The notes under the pieces are model-generated. The model had not been told where the DNA came from. It was given only the letters and a program-made list of their open reading frames with translations, and did no database searches. A stretch of DNA of 64,000 nucleotides from a virus (Duplodnaviria > Caudoviricetes): positions 1 through 64,000 of IMG/VR virus record IMGVR_UViG_3300028591_000074; one strand, given 5' to 3'. This document shows, in pieces, positions 18,254-26,803 of the stretch. Position numbers and translations under genes: made by a program. Every line of letters begins with the position of its first letter. The first letter of the stretch is position 1.

Positions 18254-18327
18254 TTCAAGGTGGTGGATTCGAACCACCGGCAATCTGCGTATCAGACAGA
18301 CACTCTAACCAACTGAGTTAACCTTGA
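18254..18327 (-). tRNA. tRNA-Ile(GAT)
   Basis: TCTGT-CTGATAC-GCAGA arm. Confidence 0.9.
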
Positions 18328-18328
18328 G

Positions 18329-18400
18329 TGGTCTCGGATAGTTTCGGGCTATCGACACTCTGGGCTTCAACCAGATGCTCTTCCTCTGAGCTACGAGACC
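18329..18400 (-). tRNA. tRNA-Phe(GAA)
   Basis: TCTGG-TTGAAGC-CCAGA arm; T-loop CCCGAAA. Confidence 0.85.
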
Positions 18401-18406
18401 AAAATT

Positions 18407-18450
18407 AAAAAGCCATGAGGCTGATGCTGACTGTCAGACCCATGACTTTT
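18407..18450 (-). terminator. attenuator terminator B
   Basis: AGTCATGGGTCTGA...TCAGCCTCATGGCT-TTTT. Confidence 0.75.
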
Positions 18451-18486
18451 CTTCTCTATAAGGTATAAGATAGAAAATATGTTAGA

Positions 18487-18588
18487 TCATGTAAGACAGT
18501 CTATAGATTCAGCACAATTAAACCAGTTTTTATAACAAAACTGATTTCTAATGTTCTTAATCTGGTTGCTAATAGACTGATACATCAT
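18487..18588 (-). CDS. leader peptide B (MMYQSISNQIKNIRNQFCYKNWFNCAESIDCLT)
   Basis: AAGGAAAGGAG SD; N/Q/I/K/R/F/C/W core; followed by terminator. Confidence 0.85.
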   Translation of the reverse strand: MMYQSISNQIKNIRNQFCYKNWFNCAESIDCLT

Positions 18589-18620
18589 CTTCTTATTATC
18601 TCCTTTCCTTATAGATGTAG

Positions 18621-18693
18621 TTGCAGGGACCGGATTTGAACCGGCAACTTTCAGTTTATGAGACTGAACTGCTTACCATTGCATCACCCTGCG
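18621..18693 (-). tRNA. tRNA-Met(CAT), C1xA72 mismatch (initiator-like)
   Basis: TCAGT-CTCATAA-ACTGA arm. Confidence 0.85.
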
Positions 18694-18699
18694 ATAAAC

Positions 18700-18770
18700 T
18701 TGAAAATGTCAGATTCGAACTGCGCCTCATGCTCCCAAGGCAAGCGTGCTACCATTACACCACATTCTCA
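18700..18770 (-). tRNA. tRNA-Pro(TGG)
   Basis: TGC-CTTGGGA-GCA arm; ends approximate. Confidence 0.8.
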
Positions 18771-18778
18771 ATAATTAA

Positions 18779-18850
18779 CGATCTAGCAGAGAATCGAACT
18801 CTGATCTCCGGATAGACAGTCCGGTGTAATAGCCTTTATACCACAAGACC
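18779..18850 (-). tRNA. tRNA-Asp(GTC)
   Basis: CCGGA-CTGTCTA-TCCGG arm. Confidence 0.9.
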
Positions 18851-18854
18851 GTAT

Positions 18855-18925
18855 AGCTTCCACTCGGATTCGAACCAAGATTTACTGATTACAAATCAGT
18901 AGTCCTGCCATTAGACGATAGAAGC
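18855..18925 (-). tRNA. tRNA-Thr(TGT)
   Basis: ACTGA-TTTGTAA-TCAGT arm. Confidence 0.9.
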
Positions 18926-18930
18926 AGAAT

Positions 18931-19705
18931 ATTTGTCTTGAGATTACAGACAAACGTAACACTCATTAAAACCCTTATTTGTTAGGCTTATATCCACGTA
19001 CCTTTCAATACGTTAGTGCTATGCGTACCTTTAAGGTGGCTATACCTTCATAATTCAGAACTACTCGACCTACTTTTCGACCTTAAAAGAGTTGTACGGA
19101 CTCTCCTAATGTCTACTTGTTCGATCAAACAGGTTCACCTTGCGAGTTCCCCTGTTCCACATTACATTACTGCTGTGGACTTAACGCATTTTCATTCTGA
19201 ACCCCTACTGACTTTTGCTTTTTGGCGATTTTTGTTGGACTTGAACCAACTACCTTTTGTTTAGAAGACAAATACTCTACCCAATGAGCTAAAAAATCAG
19301 TATGTTGGATGTAGATGTGCAGTAGGTTTAGTTTCGTAATCTTTTGAACTACAAAATGCTAAACACCTACGATGTACGTTCCTTTGCATCGTACTTGTAC
19401 TGCCATTTCTGACTGGATATCACCCTTGTTTGCTAAACTCGGATTTATTACCCATTAAATGTCTAACTACCATATCCGTTTGTTTTGCATGTTAGTTAGC
19501 CCTTGCGGAGCCTTGTTCCCATCAGTTGACCTAAAACAAGTTTCTCACTAACCAAACAAATATAGCATTGAATCCACCTATGGTGAACTTAGATTCCTTT
19601 TCAGAATCTATTAAGACAAGTATTGCATACTCTTACCGTTTCCGGCGATAGGCTTACCTTCCTACCTTTCGATATATTACTATACCATATAGGCGTATGC
19701 ACCAT
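18931..19705 (-). ncRNA. large structured ncRNA, GOLLD-like, with embedded tRNA-Arg
   Basis: ~775 nt non-coding, many hairpins with GNRA-type loops (GCAA, GAAA), terminal TGTCTGTAATCTCAAGACA hairpin, inside tRNA array. Confidence 0.55.
19223..19298 (-). tRNA. tRNA-Arg(TCT), second copy, CCA encoded
   Basis: TTTGT-CTTCTAA-ACAAA arm; GATTTTT/AAAAATC-G-CCA. Confidence 0.85.
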
Positions 19706-19709
19706 TGTA

Positions 19710-19782
19710 AGCAGATAGTGAGAATCGAACTCACATCCTTAGTTTGGAAGACTAATATAATAAACCGTTATACGATACCTGC
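19710..19782 (-). tRNA. tRNA-Gly(TCC)
   Basis: TTAGT-CTTCCAA-ACTAA arm. Confidence 0.9.
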
Positions 19783-19854
19783 ATGTGCGAGTGAGAGAAG
19801 TGCCTGTTCCCCTCACTCAGATTTTAATTTTTTGTAATCAGTAGAAACTGATAG

Positions 19855-19926
19855 TAGACCATATAGGAGTCGAACCTATATCTCTTCATTCGTAGTGAAG
19901 TGTTCTATCCGTTATACTAATGATCT
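19855..19926 (-). tRNA. tRNA-Arg(ACG)
   Basis: CTTCA-CTACGAA-TGAAG arm. Confidence 0.9.
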
Positions 19927-19928
19927 AG

Positions 19929-20001
19929 TGCAGATAGTAGGGGTTGAACCTACAACCACTTCCTTGTAAGAGAAGCACTCTCCCAGTTGAGTTATATCTG
20001 C
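19929..20001 (-). tRNA. tRNA-Val(TAC)
   Basis: CTTCT-CTTACAA-GGAAG arm. Confidence 0.9.
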
Positions 20002-20007
20002 AAATAG

Positions 20008-20080
20008 TGGAACCGATGGGGATTGAACCCACAACCTTCTGCTTGCAAAACAGATGCTCTCCCAATTGCGCTACGGCCCC
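20008..20080 (-). tRNA. tRNA-Ala(TGC)
   Basis: TCTGT-TTTGCAA-GCAGA arm; G3:U70. Confidence 0.92.
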
Positions 20081-20087
20081 ATAATGT

Positions 20088-20127
20088 AAAAATCCGTCTT
20101 ACCCTATGTAGGATATAGACGGATTCT
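20088..20127 (-). terminator. attenuator terminator C
   Basis: AATCCGTCTATATCCTACATAGGGTAAGACGGATTTTT. Confidence 0.85.
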
Positions 20128-20160
20128 TCTATGAGGTGTAACTTATGAAGAGATTTTCCA

Positions 20161-20331
20161 CTACCTTCGTCTATATCCTATGTACTTGGCGACTTTTCGA
20201 TTCCATCCAGTTCTTCCTGTGGCGATAGCATCTGGATCTACCGGGGCATCAAATTTGCATACGAAACTAAACCCGCGTGTTGCAGGATGATCCACGATCA
20301 TTGTGAAGTTGATAGTTTCGTAAATCTTCAT
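20161..20331 (-). CDS. leader peptide C (56 aa, MKIYETINFTMIVDHPATRG...DAPVDPDAIATGRTG...RRR)
   Basis: AGGAG SD before ATG 20331; rich in A/V/R/G/T/D/P/M; followed by terminator. Confidence 0.82.
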   Translation of the reverse strand: MKIYETINFTMIVDHPATRGFSFVCKFDAPVDPDAIATGRTGWNRKVAKYIGYRRR

Positions 20332-20412
20332 AATAATTCTCCTAAAAAATTTAGTGCCTATATCTCCATCCGATAACACAAAATGGAGAGACAGGCACTT
20401 CTCTCTGGTAGT

Positions 20413-20441
20413 ATAGTAACATATTGTGGATTAGATGTCAA
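20413..20441 (-). promoter_or_regulatory. sigma-A type promoter of tRNA array
   Basis: TTGACA-17-(TG.)TACTAT. Confidence 0.75.
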
Positions 20442-22740
20442 CAGGAAATTTATTTGGATTCAAATATTCCCATCGTATAGTTCCAGAATCGTAAACTCTT
20501 ACATATCCATGTTCTTCCATAATCTGCTTTTCAGTCTTTGTTAGATCAAGAATTTCATTCGGAAACAGCCTGTGCATATTCGATTTCTGACAAGACACAC
20601 GGTTAAGATAAGTATCATCTGAAAGATTTACCCACACATATCTTGGGGAAGAAATCCGATTTGGTACAAAACATAATTTATCATACATGTTTCCACGTGT
20701 ATGTGCCACATCTGAATAAGATATAATCCGATCATATTCGTAATGATTTATGAAATACTTCAGCAATTTCGAAGCACCACCAACAACAGATGTATTCAGT
20801 TTGCTACAAAATCTTGAAAGTTCCCAAGTATTGCTATCAAATTTCTTACCAAGTGTCTTACGAATATGATTAAATGTCATTACTGATACAAGTTCATTTG
20901 TATCATTTGTAAATAAACCTAATCGTACTTTAGCAGACATACTACCTTGTCTATGATTCTGGTTCAAGAAAGCCTTACACGTATTAAAATCTATTTCAGA
21001 TATATAACACCTTCTTGCATAAATCTTAGTATCCGTCTTACCAAGCAAAGCAGCAATCATTGATTTTATAATGTTTTTCCGGTAAGTCCATTCATACCCA
21101 AAAATGTGGAACAGAAAGATACCATTCTGCTCTGCAAGAACAGATTTCATCTGATGATATTTATAATCCTTAGGTTCATTCGTCCATGGATCACCAATAG
21201 AGGAATTATGCGTAATAGTAGGATTACATTCAATCCCAATTTTATAATCCGGTAAATAGATATCTATTTCATATGGAGAAATTAGATTTCTATCATGCTG
21301 AATTATGATACAATTTGGATTGATAGATGTAATCATATCTATAACGTCCAATTCAGCCATAGATTTATGATAAGAAATCATATGCTGCAATCCATTGGTG
21401 TTCACATGCGCACTTATGGTCGAAATAGTTACACCAGTATCCCTTGCCACCTCTGTAAGTGTCGGCTTATGTTTATATGTAGTTTCAATAAACACTTTTG
21501 GGTTATTTCGAAATTCCATAAACACATCTACTTTAGATGGATCAACAATTTTAGACTCCATATTGTATTTAGAAGAATTGTACCACTCTGTACCATACTT
21601 AGCCAGATTTGTAGATTTCTTCCTCTCAGTCAATCCTGGAATATGTGCAATATTGTCGACACCATATTTATCTAATAACGACTTCTTAATATATTCCTGA
21701 ATCATCGGTGATGAAAATACATTCTCAACACCGTAACGATTCAAATTCGTTACTTTTATTTTATTTCTAACATATTCAGAAGCTATTGCATATTCATTTC
21801 CATACCTATCCAAATTTGTTTTTCGTTTTCTATCAGAAATAACTTCACTATGTGCTGGATTATCTACACCATATTTTTCGACCATAGTGGATTTATATTT
21901 TTCATCAAGAATTTTGGAGTCCCTAAAAATTCCACCATATTTCTCAAGTTTCGTTGTAGTAATCTTATCGCGCAATTCCGGACTTGCCATGCCAAATCCA
22001 CCATATCGCAATTCTGAAGTATGTCTCGCTTTCTCTAAAACTTCTGGATCACATGTTGGAGACTTACCACCATATCGTTCTAAATTTGTATCATCTACTT
22101 TCTTACGGATTTCAGTATTCTTTAATGGACTTGTAACACCATATCTTTCAAGCATAGTAGAATTAAATGATTCTTTAAACTCATCTGTCTTCGAATAATG
22201 ATCTACTCCATAACGGTTCCTAATAGTTTCCCTAATTTTGCCTTTGCCATAATCTGATGCAAACACATTTGTAGCACCATATCGTTTTAAGGACGTTTCT
22301 TGAATCCTTTTCTTCCTACATTCTTCAGAACAAGCCTGTGGTCCAATACACATTTCCTTAATCTCTACTTGCTTTCCACAAACAGGACATGGACCATAAT
22401 GCTTATCATAACAATACTCACGTCTTGCTGAATCAGTCTCAAACTCCTTACCACAACATTTACAAATCTTCTTAAAATGCTGAAGTTCACTTGCATTTGA
22501 TACACCATATCTACGTTGCATAGTTGCCTGTGTCTTTACAACATTATCTTTAGCAATACCAGATACTTTCATATAAATTCCGCGACATTTGGATGAACAT
22601 GTTTTCTGAGTATATGGATGATGTAATTCAAATTCTTTTCCACAAACAACACAAACAGCAGTATGGCAATCTGCACACACTGCTGTTTTACGTATAGCTT
22701 CAAACTCTTTTCCACATCTAACACAGATGTATTTTTTCAT
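20431..22740 (-). CDS. Hef-like homing endonuclease with Zn ribbons and TNLxRYG repeats
   Basis: CxxC ribbons, many (T/M)xx(K/R)YGV repeats, YEIDIY...IECN nuclease motif, ELSRFC...GGASKL C-terminal domain. Confidence 0.7.
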   Translation of the reverse strand: MKKYICVRCGKEFEAIRKTAVCADCHTAVCVVCGKEFELHHPYTQKTCSSKCRGIYMKVSGIAKDNVVKTQATMQRRYGVSNASELQHFKKICKCCGKEFETDSARREYCYDKHYGPCPVCGKQVEIKEMCIGPQACSEECRKKRIQETSLKRYGATNVFASDYGKGKIRETIRNRYGVDHYSKTDEFKESFNSTMLERYGVTSPLKNTEIRKKVDDTNLERYGGKSPTCDPEVLEKARHTSELRYGGFGMASPELRDKITTTKLEKYGGIFRDSKILDEKYKSTMVEKYGVDNPAHSEVISDRKRKTNLDRYGNEYAIASEYVRNKIKVTNLNRYGVENVFSSPMIQEYIKKSLLDKYGVDNIAHIPGLTERKKSTNLAKYGTEWYNSSKYNMESKIVDPSKVDVFMEFRNNPKVFIETTYKHKPTLTEVARDTGVTISTISAHVNTNGLQHMISYHKSMAELDVIDMITSINPNCIIIQHDRNLISPYEIDIYLPDYKIGIECNPTITHNSSIGDPWTNEPKDYKYHQMKSVLAEQNGIFLFHIFGYEWTYRKNIIKSMIAALLGKTDTKIYARRCYISEIDFNTCKAFLNQNHRQGSMSAKVRLGLFTNDTNELVSVMTFNHIRKTLGKKFDSNTWELSRFCSKLNTSVVGGASKLLKYFINHYEYDRIISYSDVAHTRGNMYDKLCFVPNRISSPRYVWVNLSDDTYLNRVSCQKSNMHRLFPNEILDLTKTEKQIMEEHGYVRVYDSGTIRWEYLNPNKFPVDI

Positions 22741-22864
22741 ATGAAATTACCTCCTGTATAGGTACTTAATTATATAAAGGTGGTAATCTTTGAGATACAG
22801 GCTCAAGGAAACCCTGGCCGGGGCTGTCCCACCTAAATATTATAACGATTTATAGTTTTAAAAA

Positions 22865-25147
22865 TTACAGTGCAGAGAGTTCAATACCGGCTCCTGCTGG
22901 AAGTGCTACAAGGTCAACATAGATATCGTTGATGACACCGTTAACAAGTAACCAAATCTTACCAATTACAGTATTAGCATTTACCCTATCTTCTGCATTG
23001 ATATCCGCAGACATTTCAACCTTGTAACCTTCAATCGCACCAACATTGACCATAGTATCAAGGATTGGTGTTACACCAGCATAAAATGATGAATAGGCGT
23101 CCCCGTTATTGTATTGGAATGTAATCGCAATACCACATCTATATACAACATCTTCTACCGCATTTACAAGGAATCTTGTTGAAAGATTTGCAAGTGCCTG
23201 ATAGGTTGCAGGTGGTACTTCAAATAATGTGGAATTACCCCAAATGTTTGTACCAAGGTCTGGGATATTTGTAATTACATTTACAGAAGCACCTTCCAGT
23301 TTCTGCCACTGATCCAGAACTTTCTTAGGAACTGTGTAATTCATCTTTCCAATCCGAAGGTTATGTTTCCTGTTAGTAGGAAGTGCCCATTCATATTGGA
23401 TTGCCTGATTCAGAATCTGTGCTCTCTGGATAAGAAGTGCAAGCATAGAAGGTGATGCTTCGCGCATTGCGCTTGTACCTACATATGTGAACTGTCCCCA
23501 AGGTGCGAAGAATCCACAATGTGACTGGAAGAGAGATGCGTTTGTTTCAAGCATTGCACCCTTAGATACTACTCTTGCAAGTTTCTGGATATAACCTTCT
23601 CTGTCAAGATCATTCGGATTTTCGATATGAACATACTTACGTTCAATGGACTTTGGTACATCAATGAATCCGGTTGCACATCTACTATAATATGCTACAT
23701 CCATTAACTTCAGATGAAGCGGTGAACATGGGAACATGCATGTATCTTTTCCATCTTGGTCAATAATGTCATTGATTACATCTTGAGATAATCCATACAT
23801 TGTAAAGTCTTGATCGTCCCAACCAGGACTAATTACACGGTTCGGATTGTAGGATAACTTATCTTTCAGAAGGTCATATACACCGCCAAGGTTTGTTCCA
23901 TCAGAACCTGTGATATCAAGTCCTACTGCATGAGTTCTTACCCATTCTTGATAATACCAAATGTTCTTCATTGTTGTATTGGCATCAATGATAGCCTTAC
24001 CAATACCCTCATCTGATCGAAGCCAAACATACCTATATACTGATTCTACTTCTTCACTTGAACCACCAAGTTGGAAATCACATGCCCACTTAAATCTTAA
24101 CTGCATGATTTCTTCAAACTTAGAAAGAACTTCATCGGTATCCGAATCTGTGTCTGTATCTGAATCTGTACTATTGAACAGTACGTCATCGTAGTCAGAT
24201 CCTGTCAGAGCAGGGAAATAATCTTTTGCAGTAGCAGACTTTTGCTCAGTACCGAACTTCAGCCATGTTTCAAAATGTGTAGATGGGTAATCCGGTTCAT
24301 CTGTAACCTGTTCAGAATCTGTGTCTGTATCAGTATCTGTATCAGATTCTGTATCTGTGTCAGACTCACTATCAGATGACGGATCATCTGGATATGTATA
24401 AGTAGATGGGTCACACCATACAAGATTCTTAGGTGCATTACCAAGTGCATCTTCAGATTCTACAACTTCACCTTCTACACTTGTGATTGTCCAGAAATTA
24501 GATTCAACCTCGGTGTAGTATGGAATTGTATCTGTCTGATTATTAATATCAAACACAAGTGCTTTATTTTCTACAGAAGAACGAACACCGCTTGCATCTA
24601 CTACATAGGTTACAATAGTCCAATAGAACTTATTGTCACGTGTTACAGAATCCATATACTTCTGCTTTGTAACAACGATCTGAATGTTGTTACCGAAAGA
24701 ACCCGGATACTTTGTTTCAAAATGTACTGTACCATTTACCTTGTAATCACCTGTTGCAGCATCGATATCATACCCATACTGTTTCATAACACCAGTTGCC
24801 TTACGACCTGGGCAGATACGACAGGTAAGTACATCATAGCCAGCAGACATAAGTGTTACTGCCATCTGATAGGAATTATCTTTTGCAAGTCTATAAACAC
24901 TTGCTGGACCTCTGTATGTAGATACGAAAGATTCAAGACCTGCCTGTGTTGCTGGGAATCTTCTCCATACAGTGTTTTCAAGCATCTGCTCAACTTGATC
25001 ACTTGTCGGCATTTCACTTGTTCCAGATGGATTAAAATATCCTGGACCCCAGCAAGATGTGATTGGCAGTGCTACTGTAGCATATGAGTTTGTGCCAATA
25101 TTCCATGTGTAATTTTGGCTAATCTCATTGATGACAATTTGTGCCAT
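22865..25147 (-). CDS. contractile tail sheath protein
   Basis: KYPGSFGNNI, WGNSTL...LSTRFLV...FQYNN sheath C-terminal pattern. Confidence 0.8.
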   Translation of the reverse strand: MAQIVINEISQNYTWNIGTNSYATVALPITSCWGPGYFNPSGTSEMPTSDQVEQMLENTVWRRFPATQAGLESFVSTYRGPASVYRLAKDNSYQMAVTLMSAGYDVLTCRICPGRKATGVMKQYGYDIDAATGDYKVNGTVHFETKYPGSFGNNIQIVVTKQKYMDSVTRDNKFYWTIVTYVVDASGVRSSVENKALVFDINNQTDTIPYYTEVESNFWTITSVEGEVVESEDALGNAPKNLVWCDPSTYTYPDDPSSDSESDTDTESDTDTDTDTDSEQVTDEPDYPSTHFETWLKFGTEQKSATAKDYFPALTGSDYDDVLFNSTDSDTDTDSDTDEVLSKFEEIMQLRFKWACDFQLGGSSEEVESVYRYVWLRSDEGIGKAIIDANTTMKNIWYYQEWVRTHAVGLDITGSDGTNLGGVYDLLKDKLSYNPNRVISPGWDDQDFTMYGLSQDVINDIIDQDGKDTCMFPCSPLHLKLMDVAYYSRCATGFIDVPKSIERKYVHIENPNDLDREGYIQKLARVVSKGAMLETNASLFQSHCGFFAPWGQFTYVGTSAMREASPSMLALLIQRAQILNQAIQYEWALPTNRKHNLRIGKMNYTVPKKVLDQWQKLEGASVNVITNIPDLGTNIWGNSTLFEVPPATYQALANLSTRFLVNAVEDVVYRCGIAITFQYNNGDAYSSFYAGVTPILDTMVNVGAIEGYKVEMSADINAEDRVNANTVIGKIWLLVNGVINDIYVDLVALPAGAGIELSAL

Positions 25148-25539
25148 TATGCATTTTCCTCCTTAGTAGTATTTTCTACTGATTTAGTTTCTTCGGAAAT
25201 CAATTCCTCTGTAGATTCTACAACTGTAGTAGGTTCAACCTGAGTAGAAATTAAATCAATGGGATTTGGAGTATTACGTTTCCGTTTCCGCTTTGATTGA
25301 TTCTTAACAGGTTCAACAACGGATTCTACTTTTGGAACATGTGTCTTTGGAACCTCAATCAGTTCTATTGATTTTGTAGATTGCTTTACCTTAGGAGGTT
25401 CCTTTGGCAACTGTTTTGGTGCAGCTACAAATTCAAAGTTTTTATATGTAATGTAACCAGGTACTTCTTTAATTTCACCCGGCTTGAAGGTTACGCCATA
25501 AAATGTTTTCGTGACGACGGAGTTATTCTTATAAAACAT
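25147..25539 (-). CDS. hypothetical virion-associated protein
   Basis: coupled to sheath, late-type motif upstream. Confidence 0.65.
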   Translation of the reverse strand: MFYKNNSVVTKTFYGVTFKPGEIKEVPGYITYKNFEFVAAPKQLPKEPPKVKQSTKSIELIEVPKTHVPKVESVVEPVKNQSKRKRKRNTPNPIDLISTQVEPTTVVESTEELISEETKSVENTTKEENA

Positions 25540-25578
25540 CCTACTTCTCCCTTCTTATTTTCATAATAATATAAAAGG

Positions 25579-26214
25579 TTATGAATGCGAAACGGAAGTT
25601 GTTGTTCCATTTGGATTCTTTACATCGGTTTCAAATTGCAGACGTTTCAAATGAACAGGTGTGTAATGCGCCATAACTGCGCCATCTACATGTAGGGTTA
25701 TAGATGCGGAATGCAATCTACCTTCCTGTAAATAGTTGGATGTTGTTGAATCCCAACTAATACTTTCGCTTGGATCAATTCTAAGACCGCACCGAATCTT
25801 ACGTTTAGATTCATAAGGTATTTGTATTGTAACAAAATACTGTTCTGTATATTTGAAGAATAATTCTCGGATAAGTTCATCAACATCAGCGGTATTTGTT
25901 CCAATACAGACCATAGTATATTGAAGTTTAATTGGGACAATCTTTTCGTAATAGATATTATTTGTCTTACCATCAAATACAGTAGCAACACCCTTATGTA
26001 ATCTTGTAAAATTCATAAGGTCTGCATCAAATGGAATATCATCAGACCTTGTTAATGCAATCAGTGGATAATGGATTTTATCATCTTGAACTTGTGCAGC
26101 AATTGAAAATACATTATCAGGCGATACTACGGATACAACAGAATCACCATATTCGTCTTTGTCAAATGAATCTTTTATATCGTTTACAATCGCTTCATCA
26201 TATACCCATAACAT
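25579..26214 (-). CDS. putative tail completion/terminator protein
   Basis: YPLIALTR, PIKLQY pattern; position between neck and sheath. Confidence 0.5.
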   Translation of the reverse strand: MLWVYDEAIVNDIKDSFDKDEYGDSVVSVVSPDNVFSIAAQVQDDKIHYPLIALTRSDDIPFDADLMNFTRLHKGVATVFDGKTNNIYYEKIVPIKLQYTMVCIGTNTADVDELIRELFFKYTEQYFVTIQIPYESKRKIRCGLRIDPSESISWDSTTSNYLQEGRLHSASITLHVDGAVMAHYTPVHLKRLQFETDVKNPNGTTTSVSHS

Positions 26215-26220
26215 ATAGAA

Positions 26221-26796
26221 TCAATCCTTTCCATTTGGACCACGGAAGTTAGGATCCATATCTTCCTTGGTGTTATGATATTCACCCCTATAATCCAACT
26301 TTGGTTTAAGGAAGTGATTCGATTTGTCGAATTTCTTCTGAACTTCTTTCTTTGTATATCCAACAGGTTGATCTTCATATACAGGAACTACCTGACATAC
26401 AAGATGATCCGGTGCTTGAAGGTCATAGGATATTTCAATTACACGAAATGTACGTTCTGGCAATTCTGAATATTGTCCGGCAATACGGAATAAGCTATCT
26501 TTCTGAAGATGGGGCAAATTAAAACTACAGTGGATGAGGAATGGTAAATCCTTATCGTTTTCTACTACCCATCCATATCGTTTAAAGGTTTTTACTTTCG
26601 GATTCCCTTCAAAGAATATGTGTATAGGTATAATATCAGAATAAGAATCTATAACAGGTTCACCATCTGCATTAGAACTTGGTTTGTGTGGAAACTGATA
26701 ACTTGCTGGAATACCTTGTAGCTCTAATGCTTCATCATAGCGTTTCCGCATTAAAAGTATATCAGGACCTATAAGATTAGTTGCCATATGCATCAC
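26221..26796 (-). CDS. putative neck/head-closure protein
   Basis: synteny (portal-neck-sheath). Confidence 0.45.
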   Translation of the reverse strand: MMHMATNLIGPDILLMRKRYDEALELQGIPASYQFPHKPSSNADGEPVIDSYSDIIPIHIFFEGNPKVKTFKRYGWVVENDKDLPFLIHCSFNLPHLQKDSLFRIAGQYSELPERTFRVIEISYDLQAPDHLVCQVVPVYEDQPVGYTKKEVQKKFDKSNHFLKPKLDYRGEYHNTKEDMDPNFRGPNGKD

Positions 26797-26803
26797 CTAC
26801 CTG

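Noticed and set aside
16450-19264. ORF-track entries overlapping tRNAs or the large ncRNA (16450-16710, 16501-16728, 16953-17195, 17803-18000, 18621-18815, 19016-19264)
   Set aside because: They overlap clear cloverleafs or structured RNA and lack SD sites.
18931-19705. Group I intron or tmRNA
   Set aside because: No interrupted host gene, and no tmRNA-like ends or tag ORF recognised.
17322-20345. T-box riboswitch explanation for the tRNA leaders
   Set aside because: No T-box consensus (AGGGTGGNACCGCG) seen; each leader has SD + ORF instead.
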